A program made the translations under genes and the position numbers. A DNA stretch of 63,674 nucleotides, counting the filler. It is 5 parts of 5 records of this genome, joined end to end, with 100 filler letters (N's around TTAATTAATTAA, not from the genome) between each part and the next. Parts side by side here need not be neighbours in the genome. Positions count along the whole stretch, not along the records: positions 39,022 to 45,316 come from DRR723986_13902; positions 45,417 to 58,156 come from DRR723986_14085; 3 more parts are not named here. One strand, written 5' to 3'. Positions 39,847-49,450 of the stretch are shown in pieces. Positions within the stretch are counted from its first letter, which is position 1. Every line of letters starts with the position of its first letter. The notes under the pieces are model-generated. The model was not told the DNA's origin and made no database searches. It saw nothing but the letters and a program-made list of their open reading frames with translations.

Positions 39847-40674
39847 CTATGCCACGTTCTGACCGTTCGACAATTGACGGTTCGTCCGACGGAATACGGC
39901 GTTTACCACATTCAAGGCCACGAACAGGAAGGCGACAACGCACACAATGGTTGGCCCGGTTGGCGAATCGAAGTGATAGGATAACGCCAGACCTGCAATA
40001 TTGGCGCAAACACCAATTATGGCAGCCATGACCGCCATGGCTTCCGGTGTCCGGCTGAATCGACGCGCGGTGGCTGCGGGGATGATGAGCATGGCGGCGA
40101 TCAGCAGAACACCGACCACCTTGATTGCCACTGCCACCACAATCGCAAGAGCGATCGTCAGCACCAGCTGCTCCCGGCGCGGCGATATTCCGCTGGCAAG
40201 TGCCAGGTCAGGACTCAGGGTTGATAATAGCAGAGCAGACCATCGATATCCGATCATAACAAGAACCAGGGCAGCACCGCCCCAGATAACGGCCAGATCT
40301 GTTTTGCCCACGGCAAGGATATCTCCGAACAGGTAGGCCATCAGATCGATTCTTACTCCCGACAGAAACGAGACGGCGACCAGCCCTACCGCCAACGCAG
40401 AGTGAGCCATAACGCCGAGCAAGGTGTCCATGGCATATCCCCGGCCGCTCAGTGTCGAGACGGTCACCGCCATCAGGAGCGATATCATCAGCACGCCGGC
40501 GAAAATCGGTGTGGAGAGAGTCAGTGACAGGGCGACACCCAGCATCGCCGCGTGTGCGGTGGCATCGCCAAAATACGCCATGCGCCGCCACACGATAAAG
40601 CAGCCCAGAGGCGCCGCGGCCAGAGATACACCAACGCCTGCCAGTGCGGCCCTCATCAGGAAATCGTCAAGCAT
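39847..40674 (-). CDS. znuB: Zinc ABC transporter permease
   Basis: LGCFIVWRRMAYFGDATAH, YLFGDIL, KVVGVLLI..LIIPAA, PTGPTIV. Confidence 0.95.
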   Translation of the reverse strand: MLDDFLMRAALAGVGVSLAAAPLGCFIVWRRMAYFGDATAHAAMLGVALSLTLSTPIFAGVLMISLLMAVTVSTLSGRGYAMDTLLGVMAHSALAVGLVAVSFLSGVRIDLMAYLFGDILAVGKTDLAVIWGGAALVLVMIGYRWSALLLSTLSPDLALASGISPRREQLVLTIALAIVVAVAIKVVGVLLIAAMLIIPAATARRFSRTPEAMAVMAAIIGVCANIAGLALSYHFDSPTGPTIVCVVAFLFVALNVVNAVFRRTNRQLSNGQNVA

Positions 40675-41405
40675 CAGCCCGCCTCCCGTATGTCGCCACT
40701 TCCTTGGTAATGCCCCCTGTGGCTATAGAGCGCCAGCGATTCATCATCCTCGTCGAAGCCGAACAGCGCGCGATACTCCGCGGAGCTACTGACAAGTTCC
40801 GGTTTACCTTCGCAGCAGACGTGCCCGTTCAGGCAGATCACCCACTCGGACCGGCGCATGACGACTTGAAGGTCGTGGCTGACCATGATCACGCCACAGT
40901 TCAGGGACTGCCGAATTTGCTCGATCTGTCGATAGAAGTCCGCCGTACCACGGCGGTCAAGCCCCTGGGTCGGCTCATCAAGTAGCAGAAGATCGGGTTT
41001 TTCAAGCAGCGCCCGTGCCAGCAATACTCGCTGAAGCTGGCCTCCGGACAGAGACATCAACTGTTGGCGCAGAAGATCTGGCACGCCGGCCCGCGCCATG
41101 GTGTCCCGGATCGCATCCATTGAGGCACGGTTCGGGAGTTGCAGAAAGCGTTGCACGGTCATCGGCAGGGTTTCATCAACGTGGAGTCGCTGCGGTACAT
41201 AACCAATTGAAAGGCCGGGGGCGCGGATGATCTGGCCGTCTGAGGGGGGCAGGGCACCAATGATCGTTTTCAGCAGGGTGGACTTGCCGGACCCGTTAGG
41301 GCCGATGACGGTAACGATCTGGCCGCGATCAACCTGAAGGCCGATATTTTTCAATATCGAGGTTTTGCCGATCTGAACCGACAGGTTGCGAGCTTGAATC
41401 AGCAT
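40674..41405 (-). CDS. znuC: Zinc ABC transporter ATPase
   Basis: GPNGSGKST, IGYVPQ, LSGGQLQR, LDEPTQG, CLNGHVCCEGKP. Confidence 0.95.
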   Translation of the reverse strand: MLIQARNLSVQIGKTSILKNIGLQVDRGQIVTVIGPNGSGKSTLLKTIIGALPPSDGQIIRAPGLSIGYVPQRLHVDETLPMTVQRFLQLPNRASMDAIRDTMARAGVPDLLRQQLMSLSGGQLQRVLLARALLEKPDLLLLDEPTQGLDRRGTADFYRQIEQIRQSLNCGVIMVSHDLQVVMRRSEWVICLNGHVCCEGKPELVSSSAEYRALFGFDEDDESLALYSHRGHYQGSGDIREAG

Positions 41406-41484
41406 CGATAAATCCTTGTGGGCATCTTTTATCCAGTTGTCAGTTTGTGTCGACAGTCACTGGCTTTGATTTCTCAATTGAAAA

Positions 41485-41507
41485 GAGATGTTATAACATA
41501 ACATTTC
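41485..41507. promoter_or_regulatory. Zur box
   Basis: GAGATGTTATAACATAACATTTC, a near-perfect match to the proteobacterial GAAATGTTATA-N-TATAACATTTC box, between divergent znuC and znuA. Confidence 0.92.
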
Positions 41508-41559
41508 AGGCGTCACGTGAACTGATCGCAAACAAACCACAACCTTTCAGGAGTACCCA

Positions 41560-42588
41560 ATGATCCGACCGATTTTCCTTGCAGGTGCCGTGCTCAGTCT
41601 TTTGCCCGTCAGTAGCTGGGCATCCGCTCCCAGAGTTGCGGTCGATATCGCTCCGCTGCACTCCGTTGTGGCTCAAGTGATGAAGGGGGTAGGAGAGCCA
41701 GAGCTGCTGATTCAGCCTGAGGCGTCACCTCACAGTTATTCCCTCCGTCCATCAGAGGCCGAAGCACTTGCCGAAGCGCAGGTGGTTTTCTGGATCAGTG
41801 GTGAGCTGACGCCCTGGCTGGAGAACTCTCTGGAGAACCTGGCAGGTTCAGCAACCAGGGTCGAAATGCTGGAGTTGTCCGAGACGGTCAAATACGGGTT
41901 CCGGGAAGGGGCAACGTTCGAAGCGCACGCTCATGGTGAACATGGTGCAGAAGGCGGCCACGATTCGCACGGCGAGGGGCAGGATGGTCACGATCAGCAC
42001 CAAGATGCGCATGATGAACATCAAGATGAGCATCACGAGGACCACCACGCCGGGCATGACGGCCACCACCATGGAGAGCATGACCCTCACGCCTGGCTGG
42101 ATCCGATGAATGCGAAAATCTGGTCCGCTGAAATTGCCCAGGCCCTCTCGGAAGTGGATCCGGCGAATGCCAGCGTCTATCAGAACAACGCCAAGGATTT
42201 TGCCCAGTCGATGGACAACTTGATCGCTTCATTGCAAGAGCGGGCAGATCGAATCGAGGGCATCCGTTTTATCGTTTTTCATGATGCCTATCAGTATTTC
42301 GAGCGTCGCTTCGGGTTGCTGGCAGCTGGTGCAATTTCGGTGTCCGATGCGTCAGATCCCAGTCCGGCTCGAATCCGTGAGATTCAGTCGATGGTCTCTG
42401 AGCTTGGCGTGACCTGCGCGTTTACCGAGCCACAGTACGACCCCGGACTTGTGAAAACGGTTTTCGAGGGTTCTGAAGTGAAAACCGTCGGGGTTATGGA
42501 TCCGTTGGGTGCTGACCTCCAAATTGGTGGCGGTCAGTATTCGCTACTGCTTGAGGCGTTGATGAACAGCCTTGAGAAATGCCGATAA
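41560..42588 (+). CDS. znuA: Zinc ABC transporter substrate-binding protein
   Basis: ASPHSYSLRPS, long His/Asp/Glu loop, DPHAWLDP, VFHDAYQYFE, C..EPQ. Confidence 0.96.
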   Translation: MIRPIFLAGAVLSLLPVSSWASAPRVAVDIAPLHSVVAQVMKGVGEPELLIQPEASPHSYSLRPSEAEALAEAQVVFWISGELTPWLENSLENLAGSATRVEMLELSETVKYGFREGATFEAHAHGEHGAEGGHDSHGEGQDGHDQHQDAHDEHQDEHHEDHHAGHDGHHHGEHDPHAWLDPMNAKIWSAEIAQALSEVDPANASVYQNNAKDFAQSMDNLIASLQERADRIEGIRFIVFHDAYQYFERRFGLLAAGAISVSDASDPSPARIREIQSMVSELGVTCAFTEPQYDPGLVKTVFEGSEVKTVGVMDPLGADLQIGGGQYSLLLEALMNSLEKCR

Positions 42589-42642
42589 AAGCGATGAACG
42601 GTTTCCGGCAATTCAGTCAGAGCTTCTCGGACGGTTAACCCA

Positions 42643-43065
42643 ATGGACAAGCTGACCGCAAATCAAAGAAGGGTCTTGGAAGTCCTGCAGCAGGCGGATG
42701 CCCCGTTGGGTGCTTACGCCATTTTAAAGGAGACAGGCTTTCGCGGGGCAACCCAGGTCTATCGGGCATTGGACCGGCTTGGCGATCTCGGATTCGTCAG
42801 GAAGCTGGAAAGCCTGAATGCCTTCATTGCGTGCTCGGATCGAGGCAAAGCCTCCCCCGCCGCCTTCTTGATTTGTGATCAGTGCGGATGGATCCGGGAA
42901 CTCGTCGATGCCCGGGAGATTGCGGAGTTGCAGGCATCTCTCGGCCAATCGGACTTTCAGGTTGTTCGAGCGGTTGTGGAATTACACGGTATATGCTCTT
43001 CGTGTGCCGGCCGGACAACTCACGGTGAAACAGTATCAACCTTTAATAGATCGAGACAGGTTTAG
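42643..43065 (+). CDS. zur: Fur-family zinc uptake regulator
   Basis: [30 protein letters not shown] and CSSC. Confidence 0.88.
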   Translation: MDKLTANQRRVLEVLQQADAPLGAYAILKETGFRGATQVYRALDRLGDLGFVRKLESLNAFIACSDRGKASPAAFLICDQCGWIRELVDAREIAELQASLGQSDFQVVRAVVELHGICSSCAGRTTHGETVSTFNRSRQV

Positions 43066-43066
43066 C

Positions 43067-43981
43067 ATGAATCAGGATTTACCCGATGTTGCCAGTAATG
43101 AAACCTCAGCTATCCGTGCGCCGCTAGAGTGGGTGGGAATGAGCCGGATAGACATACCGGTTCAACTGGACGAGCCCGGGTGTCCGGGAACCATTCATGC
43201 TGTTGCGGATCTTCAGGTCAATCTGCCGGCGTTGACGGTGAAAGGCATCCACATGTCCCGCTTGTATCGGATGCTGGACGAGTTAACCCGAGTGGAGGGA
43301 TTGGCGCCCGGAGACCTGAGAGAGCTTCTCCAACAGATGGTAGCAAGTCACAAAGACTGTTACACAGATGGCGCGCGGGTGGCGCTGGACTTCAGTCTTC
43401 TCGCCAGACGACCGGCGCTTCGGACGCCGGAATTGGCCGGCTGGAAGTCTTATCCGGTCCGGCTTGAGGCCACACTGGACCATACCTGGTTCGCGCTTAA
43501 AGCGTCGGTCCAGGTGGAGTACTCATCAACGTGTCCGTGCTCGGCGGCACTGGCTCGTCAGCTGGTGGCTGATGGTTTCAGAGAGCAATTTCTCGGCAGG
43601 TCCGGGTTGACGAGCGAGGAAGTGGCCGCCTGGCTGCAACAGAATGCCTCGCTCGCTACCCCTCACAGTCAGCGAAGCGAAGCAACGGTGAGTGTGGATA
43701 TCTCCGACTCGTCCGAAAGCTTTGGCCTGATGGCGCTTATCGATCAGATCGAGGCAGTCTTGGCAACGCCCGTCCAGACCGCCGTCAAGCGGGCCGATGA
43801 GCAGGCCTTTGCGTGGTTGAACGGTCAAAACCTGATGTATGTCGAGGATGCGGCACGGCGAATCCAGAGCGCTTTATCCGGGAGTTACGATAACTTGCGA
43901 ACCCATGTTCGGCATCTGGAGAGCCTGCATTCACACGATGCCGTTGCATCGGCCAGCGGGGATTTCCAGGGGGTGATCTGA
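43067..43981 (+). CDS. folE2: GTP cyclohydrolase IB (Zn-independent)
   Basis: [50 protein letters not shown]. Confidence 0.95.
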   Translation: MNQDLPDVASNETSAIRAPLEWVGMSRIDIPVQLDEPGCPGTIHAVADLQVNLPALTVKGIHMSRLYRMLDELTRVEGLAPGDLRELLQQMVASHKDCYTDGARVALDFSLLARRPALRTPELAGWKSYPVRLEATLDHTWFALKASVQVEYSSTCPCSAALARQLVADGFREQFLGRSGLTSEEVAAWLQQNASLATPHSQRSEATVSVDISDSSESFGLMALIDQIEAVLATPVQTAVKRADEQAFAWLNGQNLMYVEDAARRIQSALSGSYDNLRTHVRHLESLHSHDAVASASGDFQGVI

Positions 43982-45316
43982 TGGGCGCCGATGGAATCCA
44001 GCTTTTCAATACGCTGGCGGGCCAGAAAGAACCACTGAGCACGCAGCTCCCCGGGCGAGTGACCATGTACGTATGTGGGCCCACGGTCTACAACTATGCG
44101 CATATCGGTAATGCGCGGCCGGCGGTGATCTTCGATGTACTGGCCCGGCTGCTGCGCCACGACTATCCCTGTGTGCTCTATGCCCGCAACTTCACGGATG
44201 TTGATGACAAGATCAATGCCGCGGCGGCTGCCGAAGGGGTGAGCATCAAGACGCTTACGGATCGGTATATTGATGCCTACCATGAGGATCTCGAAGCCCT
44301 AGGAGTTGAAGCTCCGGATTTGGAGCCCCGAGTCACAGAGCATATTCCGGACATCATAGAGCTGATTCAGGCTCTCATGGTTCGGGGGCACGCCTATGAA
44401 GCATCCGGGCACGTGCTTTTCCATGTGCCTTCCTATTCCGACTATGGGGCCTTGTCCAGACGCAAACCCGAAGACATGCTTGCCGGTGCCCGGGTTGAGG
44501 TCGCCCCCTACAAACGTAGCCCTCTGGATTTCGTGCTCTGGAAACCATCAACCGGCGATCAGCCCGGCTGGGCAAGCCCCTGGGGCCGCGGCAGGCCCGG
44601 ATGGCACGTTGAATGCTCGGCGATGATCGGCAAGCACCTCGGCACAACGATCGACATTCATGGTGGTGGGCAGGATCTGATATTCCCGCACCATGAAAAC
44701 GAAATTGCCCAGGGTACCTGTGCCAATGGCACCCGCTATTGTCGAAGCTGGGTTCACAACTCGTTTGTTACCGTGGATGGGCAGAAGATGTCCAAGTCAC
44801 AGGGCAATGTGCTGTTGATTCGCGACCTGCTAGCCAATGCTCCCGGTGAAGCTATTCGCCTGGCTCTGCTGTCGACCCATTATCGCAATCCCCTCGACTG
44901 GAATGAGCGTCGCCTGACTCAGTCGATCGGAATCCTGGCCCGTTGGTACGGCTGTCTGGCCGACGCGGAGGATGACACGCCGCTGCAGGTCGGTGCCGAG
45001 AGCGAGCCAGACGCGGAAGTTCTGGCAGCTCTGCGCGATGATCTTAACGTGTCCCGGGCGTTGAAACGGCTGCATGAGCTGTGTCATCAGGTGCAGCAGG
45101 CCGATACACGCGAGCGGGCGAGGGAAGCGGCGCGGACCTTCCGTGCCTCGGCCGGCATGCTAGGCCTTCTTCGCTCGCCCAGCCAGCTGGCGCTTGCTGA
45201 TTTACGTGGCGCTGAATCAAGCAGTAGTCGCGAGAAGCTGCCACCCGAAAACATTGAAGCAATGGTCCTTGAACGGCGGAAGGCTCGCGATCAAGAGGAT
45301 TTCGCGCGTGCCGACG
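43981..45316 (+). CDS. cysS: Cysteinyl-tRNA synthetase paralog (C-terminus truncated)
   Basis: YVCGPTVY..HIGN, GRPGWHVECS, FPHHENE, KMSKS; TGATG coupling to folE2. Confidence 0.96.
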
Positions 45317-45416
45317 NNNNNNNNNNNNNNNNNNNNNNNNNNNNNNNNNNNNNNNNNNNNTTAATTAATTAANNNNNNNNNNNNNNNNNNNNNNNNNNNN
45401 NNNNNNNNNNNNNNNN
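45317..45416. other. Artificial contig spacer
   Basis: N-run, TTAATTAATTAA, N-run. Confidence 0.99.
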
Positions 45417-45417
45417 G

Positions 45418-46044
45418 CTGATGGTGCTCGATTGCATCGCCTCGGGTTGCGCGTGGGTGGATATGAAAGCCCTCGGCGTGGATGTGGCAATCTCCGCGCC
45501 GCAAAAGGGCTGGAGCGCCTCGCCAAGTGCGGGCATCGTCATGATGTCCGCCGCCGCCGAGGCACGGCTGGCGGAAACACAATCGGACAGTTTCGCCATT
45601 GATCTGGCCAAGTGGCGCAGCATCATGAAAGCCTATGAGGACGGCGGTCATGCCTATCATGCGACCATGCCGACCGATGCCTTGCGGGCGTTCCGCGATA
45701 CGGTGATTGAGACCAAGGAATACGGATTTGACCGTTTGAAAGAGGCGCAATGGCGGCTTGGCGATGGGGTGCGGGCGATGTTGGCGGCCAAGGGCGTGAC
45801 CTCGGTCGCGGCGGATGGCTTTGGGGCGCCGGGGGTTGTGGTCAGCTATACCTCTGATCCGCAGGTGCAAAACGGTAAGGCCTTTGCCGAGAGGGGTATG
45901 CAGATCGCCGCCGGCGTGCCGTTGCAGGTGGGCGAGCCTGAGGGGTTCAGCACCTTCCGTCTGGGGCTGTTTGGTTTGGACAAGCTTTATGATGTGGACG
46001 CCACATTGGCGCGGCTGGCGGCTGTGGTGGGTGAGGTTGTTTGA
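45418..46044 (+). CDS. Class V PLP-dependent aminotransferase, C-terminal part
   Basis: VLDCIASG, ISAPQKGW (PLP lysine), YHATMPT, FRLGLFG. Confidence 0.9.
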   Translation: MMVLDCIASGCAWVDMKALGVDVAISAPQKGWSASPSAGIVMMSAAAEARLAETQSDSFAIDLAKWRSIMKAYEDGGHAYHATMPTDALRAFRDTVIETKEYGFDRLKEAQWRLGDGVRAMLAAKGVTSVAADGFGAPGVVVSYTSDPQVQNGKAFAERGMQIAAGVPLQVGEPEGFSTFRLGLFGLDKLYDVDATLARLAAVVGEVV

Positions 46045-46210
46045 GGGGGTGGTTCTTGGGGAGGGAAATGTCGGCTTTGCGGACAAAGTGACACTGTTGA
46101 CCACTTGCGATCATTACCTCCATATCTTAACGGTTTAACCGCTGCTGGTTTGATTTGTGGCAAAGGATCAAAGGTTAAGATTTGTCCGCGCGCTCTGAAA
46201 GGGCTGTGAC

Positions 46211-46603
46211 ATGCGTGTGTTTCTAAGTTGGGTAGTCGAGCGTTCCCTCGAAGTTGTACTTGTAACTGCGTTCATTCATGCAAAGTTTTACGAGCCAACC
46301 AGACTTGATCTGTTCGGAATCGTAAAAACAGCGAGCAAGCTCGCTCTCTTTCCTGCTCTATTTTACGTAATGTCTGGTTACATTTTTTCCTGCGTGTATA
46401 TTGGGTTAGTGAGGAAGCGGTCTGTCGTTTTTGACCACGTAAAGATGATGCTTATCGCATACACCGCCCACGCCTTCTTTTTCTTAGCAATTTCATCGTC
46501 AGAGATCGAAAGCCTTGCATTTGAGATCGCTGGCGTAGGTCTGCTTGTGGTGGCAGTTTCTAGCCTGATTGGGGCTCAAATCGCAAAAACATCAGCTCAT
46601 TGA
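46211..46603 (+). CDS. Low-GC hypothetical membrane protein
   Basis: 130 aa with about 4 hydrophobic segments; visibly more AT-rich than its neighbours. Confidence 0.6.
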   Translation: MRVFLSWVVERSLEVVLVTAFIHAKFYEPTRLDLFGIVKTASKLALFPALFYVMSGYIFSCVYIGLVRKRSVVFDHVKMMLIAYTAHAFFFLAISSSEIESLAFEIAGVGLLVVAVSSLIGAQIAKTSAH

Positions 46604-46812
46604 TTTTGTGAAGTCGAACCGATCGAGTTGTATTTCTTTCTCGCTATTCTGCAGCTTGGAAATACTTAGTTTGAGGGGCTTTGGCTTTTTTGAGAACAGC
46701 AATGGGTCTGCTATGGGCTCGAAACGGACATCTGGCAGCTTCAGTCTGCGAAAGGCGCTACACAACAAGAACAAGCGTCCCCCGAGCCGACCAACGTGGC
46801 GGGATGACCCAA

Positions 46813-48009
46813 TTACCGCACCCCGAGGCCCATTTGCATCAGCATTTTACGCACCTGCGGCATCGCATAAAGTGCATTGAGACCGGCCGCGCGGGCGTCG
46901 CGGGCCAGAGGGCTGCTGGCTTGGCTGGCGCGGTTGAGCAGATCGATGCCGCGCACCCGCAGTTGAATATCGGCATAGCGGGCCTTGTGATATTTCTCCA
47001 ACATCGCGGCATCGCCAAGCGTTTCGGGATGCGCCACTGCCAGATCAAGCAGGCAGGCCAGATCATTGAGCGACATGTTCAGCCCCTGCGCCCCGATGGG
47101 TGGCACCACATGTGCGGCCTCTGCGATCAGCGCCAGACGTTCGCCGCTGAGCCGGTCCGCGTGTTGGTTGATGATCGGCCAGACATTGCGCGGACTGGCC
47201 AAGGTGAGAGGACCAAACAGATGGCAGGACCGCTCTGACATTTCGGCCTCAAAGCTGGCGGTATCACTTGAGGCGCGGGCGACTGTCAGGGGGCCATCAT
47301 CCATCCAAACCACCGCGGATGAGGGCATGCCATCTAGATCGGGCAGGGGCACCAGCGTGAACGGCCCGCCAGTGCGGTGGATCTCGGTTGAGACATTGTC
47401 GTGCGGGATCGGGTGCGTCACGGCAAAGGCCAGCGCCTTTTGCCCATAACGCCGGGTGCTGACGGGGATGCCCGCCGCCTCGCGCATCGGGCTGGCGCGA
47501 CCATCGGCGGCAACCACCAGTTTGCAACGCACGCGGCTGCCATCGGTCAGGCCCACGCGGGCCTCTGCGGTGCGGGTGAACAGGGATGTTGTACCAGTAC
47601 CGGGTCGGAAATCGACGTTGGGCAGATCATCCAGCCGCGCCACCAGTTCCCGGCGCAGCAGCCAGTTGGGAAAGTTCCAGCCAAAGGGTTGGTCCGAAAT
47701 GTCGCTGGCATCAAATTCGCGGGTCACACGGGGTTCGGCCACCTCGCCGCCCGCATCCACGATCCGCATGATTTGCAATGGGGCGGCATGGGGGGCAAGC
47801 GCAGGCCATATCTCGGCCGCCTCCAGCACCCGCCGGGCCGGTTGCAGGAATGCCGTGGTGCGCATGTCGGCGCCTTGTGCATCCTTTTCGACAACGGGCG
47901 GGGCCGGATCCACACAGATCACATCAAAACCAGCGGTGCCAAAGGCTGCCGCCGCCGTCAGCCCGGCAATCCCGCCGCCCGAGATCAGAATATCGCAATC
48001 AAATGCCAT
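46813..48009 (-). CDS. UbiH/UbiF/UbiL-family FAD-dependent hydroxylase
   Basis: GGGIAG, DMRTTA, VAADGRAS, AEAAHVVPPIGAQGLN. Confidence 0.92.
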   Translation of the reverse strand: MAFDCDILISGGGIAGLTAAAAFGTAGFDVICVDPAPPVVEKDAQGADMRTTAFLQPARRVLEAAEIWPALAPHAAPLQIMRIVDAGGEVAEPRVTREFDASDISDQPFGWNFPNWLLRRELVARLDDLPNVDFRPGTGTTSLFTRTAEARVGLTDGSRVRCKLVVAADGRASPMREAAGIPVSTRRYGQKALAFAVTHPIPHDNVSTEIHRTGGPFTLVPLPDLDGMPSSAVVWMDDGPLTVARASSDTASFEAEMSERSCHLFGPLTLASPRNVWPIINQHADRLSGERLALIAEAAHVVPPIGAQGLNMSLNDLACLLDLAVAHPETLGDAAMLEKYHKARYADIQLRVRGIDLLNRASQASSPLARDARAAGLNALYAMPQVRKMLMQMGLGVR

Positions 48010-48018
48010 GGCTTACAC

Positions 48019-48666
48019 TTATGCTTTCACCCGTGCGAGGAAACCCCGAAGATCATCGGTATGGTAGTCAATATGCGCGGCATGCTGTCGCGCAGGGGCC
48101 ACATGCACCGTGCGCATGCCCATTTCAAAAGGCGCGGACAGGTTGCGGGCATCATCCTCAAACATCGCCGCACGGGCGGGATCAAGCCCGTCAGCGGCAA
48201 AAACCTTGTCAAAGGCTTCGCGATCCGGTTTGGGCAGAAAATCAGCGTGTTCAACGCCATAGATCGCGTCAAACAGGCCAGAAAGTCCCCGCGCGGCCAG
48301 CACCCTTTCGGCATAGGGCGCACAGCCGTTGGTGTAGACAATGCGCCGCCCCGGCAGGCTGCGGATTTCGGCGGCAAGGTCGGGATCGGGGGTCAGGCTG
48401 TCCATGGAAATATCATGCACGTCCACCAGATAGGGCGCGGGGTCCACGTCATGTTCGCGCATCAACCCGGCCAATGTGGTGCCGTGTTCGTGCCAGTATT
48501 TGCGGCGCAGACGGTCCGCCTCGGGTTGGTCCACCTTGAGTTCCTGCATCACCCAGTTGGTCATGCGCACCTCAATCAGGTCAAACAGCCGCGCCTCGGG
48601 CGGGTACAGCGTATTGTCCAGATCAAAGACCCAAGTGTCGATATGAGAGAAAGCATCACGTGGCAT
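48019..48666 (-). CDS. Pyrimidine 5'-nucleotidase (HAD family)
   Basis: WVFDLDNTLYP, HGTTLAGL, PKP, MFEDDARNL. Confidence 0.93.
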   Translation of the reverse strand: MPRDAFSHIDTWVFDLDNTLYPPEARLFDLIEVRMTNWVMQELKVDQPEADRLRRKYWHEHGTTLAGLMREHDVDPAPYLVDVHDISMDSLTPDPDLAAEIRSLPGRRIVYTNGCAPYAERVLAARGLSGLFDAIYGVEHADFLPKPDREAFDKVFAADGLDPARAAMFEDDARNLSAPFEMGMRTVHVAPARQHAAHIDYHTDDLRGFLARVKA

Positions 48667-48766
48667 ATGTTTGGCTTAGGCGCTTGGCGGGCGCTTCGCA
48701 AGGGTGCTGCGGGCTTGCGCCGAAGGGATCAAACAGTAAGGTGGCGGCAATCAAAGGAAGATTGCC

Positions 48767-49420
48767 ATGGCCGCGCCCAAACCTGGATCAACAGACGCCT
48801 ATTCGATGATACTTGAGGCCATTGATGTGGGCACTTATCGGCCCGGCGATCGGTTGGTGGAAAGTGAACTTGCAGACCGCTTTGGCGTGTCACGCACACC
48901 GGTGCGCGAGGCGTTGCAGCGGTTGGAGACACAGTCCTTGCTGACGCGGGACGGGCGCAGCCTGATCGTGGCGTCACTGGATCACAACCAGACCGCCGAG
49001 CTTTATGTGGTGCGCGGCGAGCTGGAGGGGCTGGCGGCCCGTCTGGCCGCGCGACATGCGACCGAGGAAGAGGTGCGCGTGTTGCGTGAAATGGTCGAGG
49101 CGGACAACAAGCTGGTCAATGACCCTTCGGCGCTTTCCCGCAGCAACCGCCGGTTTCACAAGCAGATCCATCTGTCCTCGCACAACCGCTATCTTGTGCA
49201 ACAGCTTGACCTTCTGTACCGATCCATGGCGCTTATGGCGACGACCTCTCTGGCCGCCGAAGGGCGCGGAGAATTGGCGCAGGCCGAGCATGACAAGATC
49301 GTATCAATGATCGAAGCGCGGGATGAAGATGGCGCGGATGAAGCGTTGCGCAGCCATATTTCAGTGGCTTTTGTGACCCGGCTCAAGCAAGAGGCTGCGC
49401 GGCGCGAAGACGAAGGATAA
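48767..49420 (+). CDS. GntR-family (FCD) transcriptional regulator
   Basis: PGDRLVESELA..FGVSRTPVREAL, FH..I, EH..I. Confidence 0.94.
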   Translation: MAAPKPGSTDAYSMILEAIDVGTYRPGDRLVESELADRFGVSRTPVREALQRLETQSLLTRDGRSLIVASLDHNQTAELYVVRGELEGLAARLAARHATEEEVRVLREMVEADNKLVNDPSALSRSNRRFHKQIHLSSHNRYLVQQLDLLYRSMALMATTSLAAEGRGELAQAEHDKIVSMIEARDEDGADEALRSHISVAFVTRLKQEAARREDEG

Positions 49421-49450
49421 GCCCTACGCCTTGGCGCGATGCGTCGCTGG

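Noticed and set aside
41925-42090. Low-complexity CAT/CAC/GAT-rich repeat
   Set aside because: Encodes the ordinary His/acidic loop of ZnuA
42875-43066. N-terminal extension of folE2 overlapping zur, and similar extensions on the 33052, 32889, 35907 and 40009 ORFs
   Set aside because: Longest-ORF artefacts; family homology or signal peptides begin at downstream ATGs
46127-46138. TTAA-CGGT-TTAA as a CtrA site
   Set aside because: Spacer is 4 bp rather than the 7 bp of a full CtrA box
47401-48816. 471-aa plus-strand ORF
   Set aside because: Antisense to the ubi hydroxylase and nucleotidase genes in high-GC DNA
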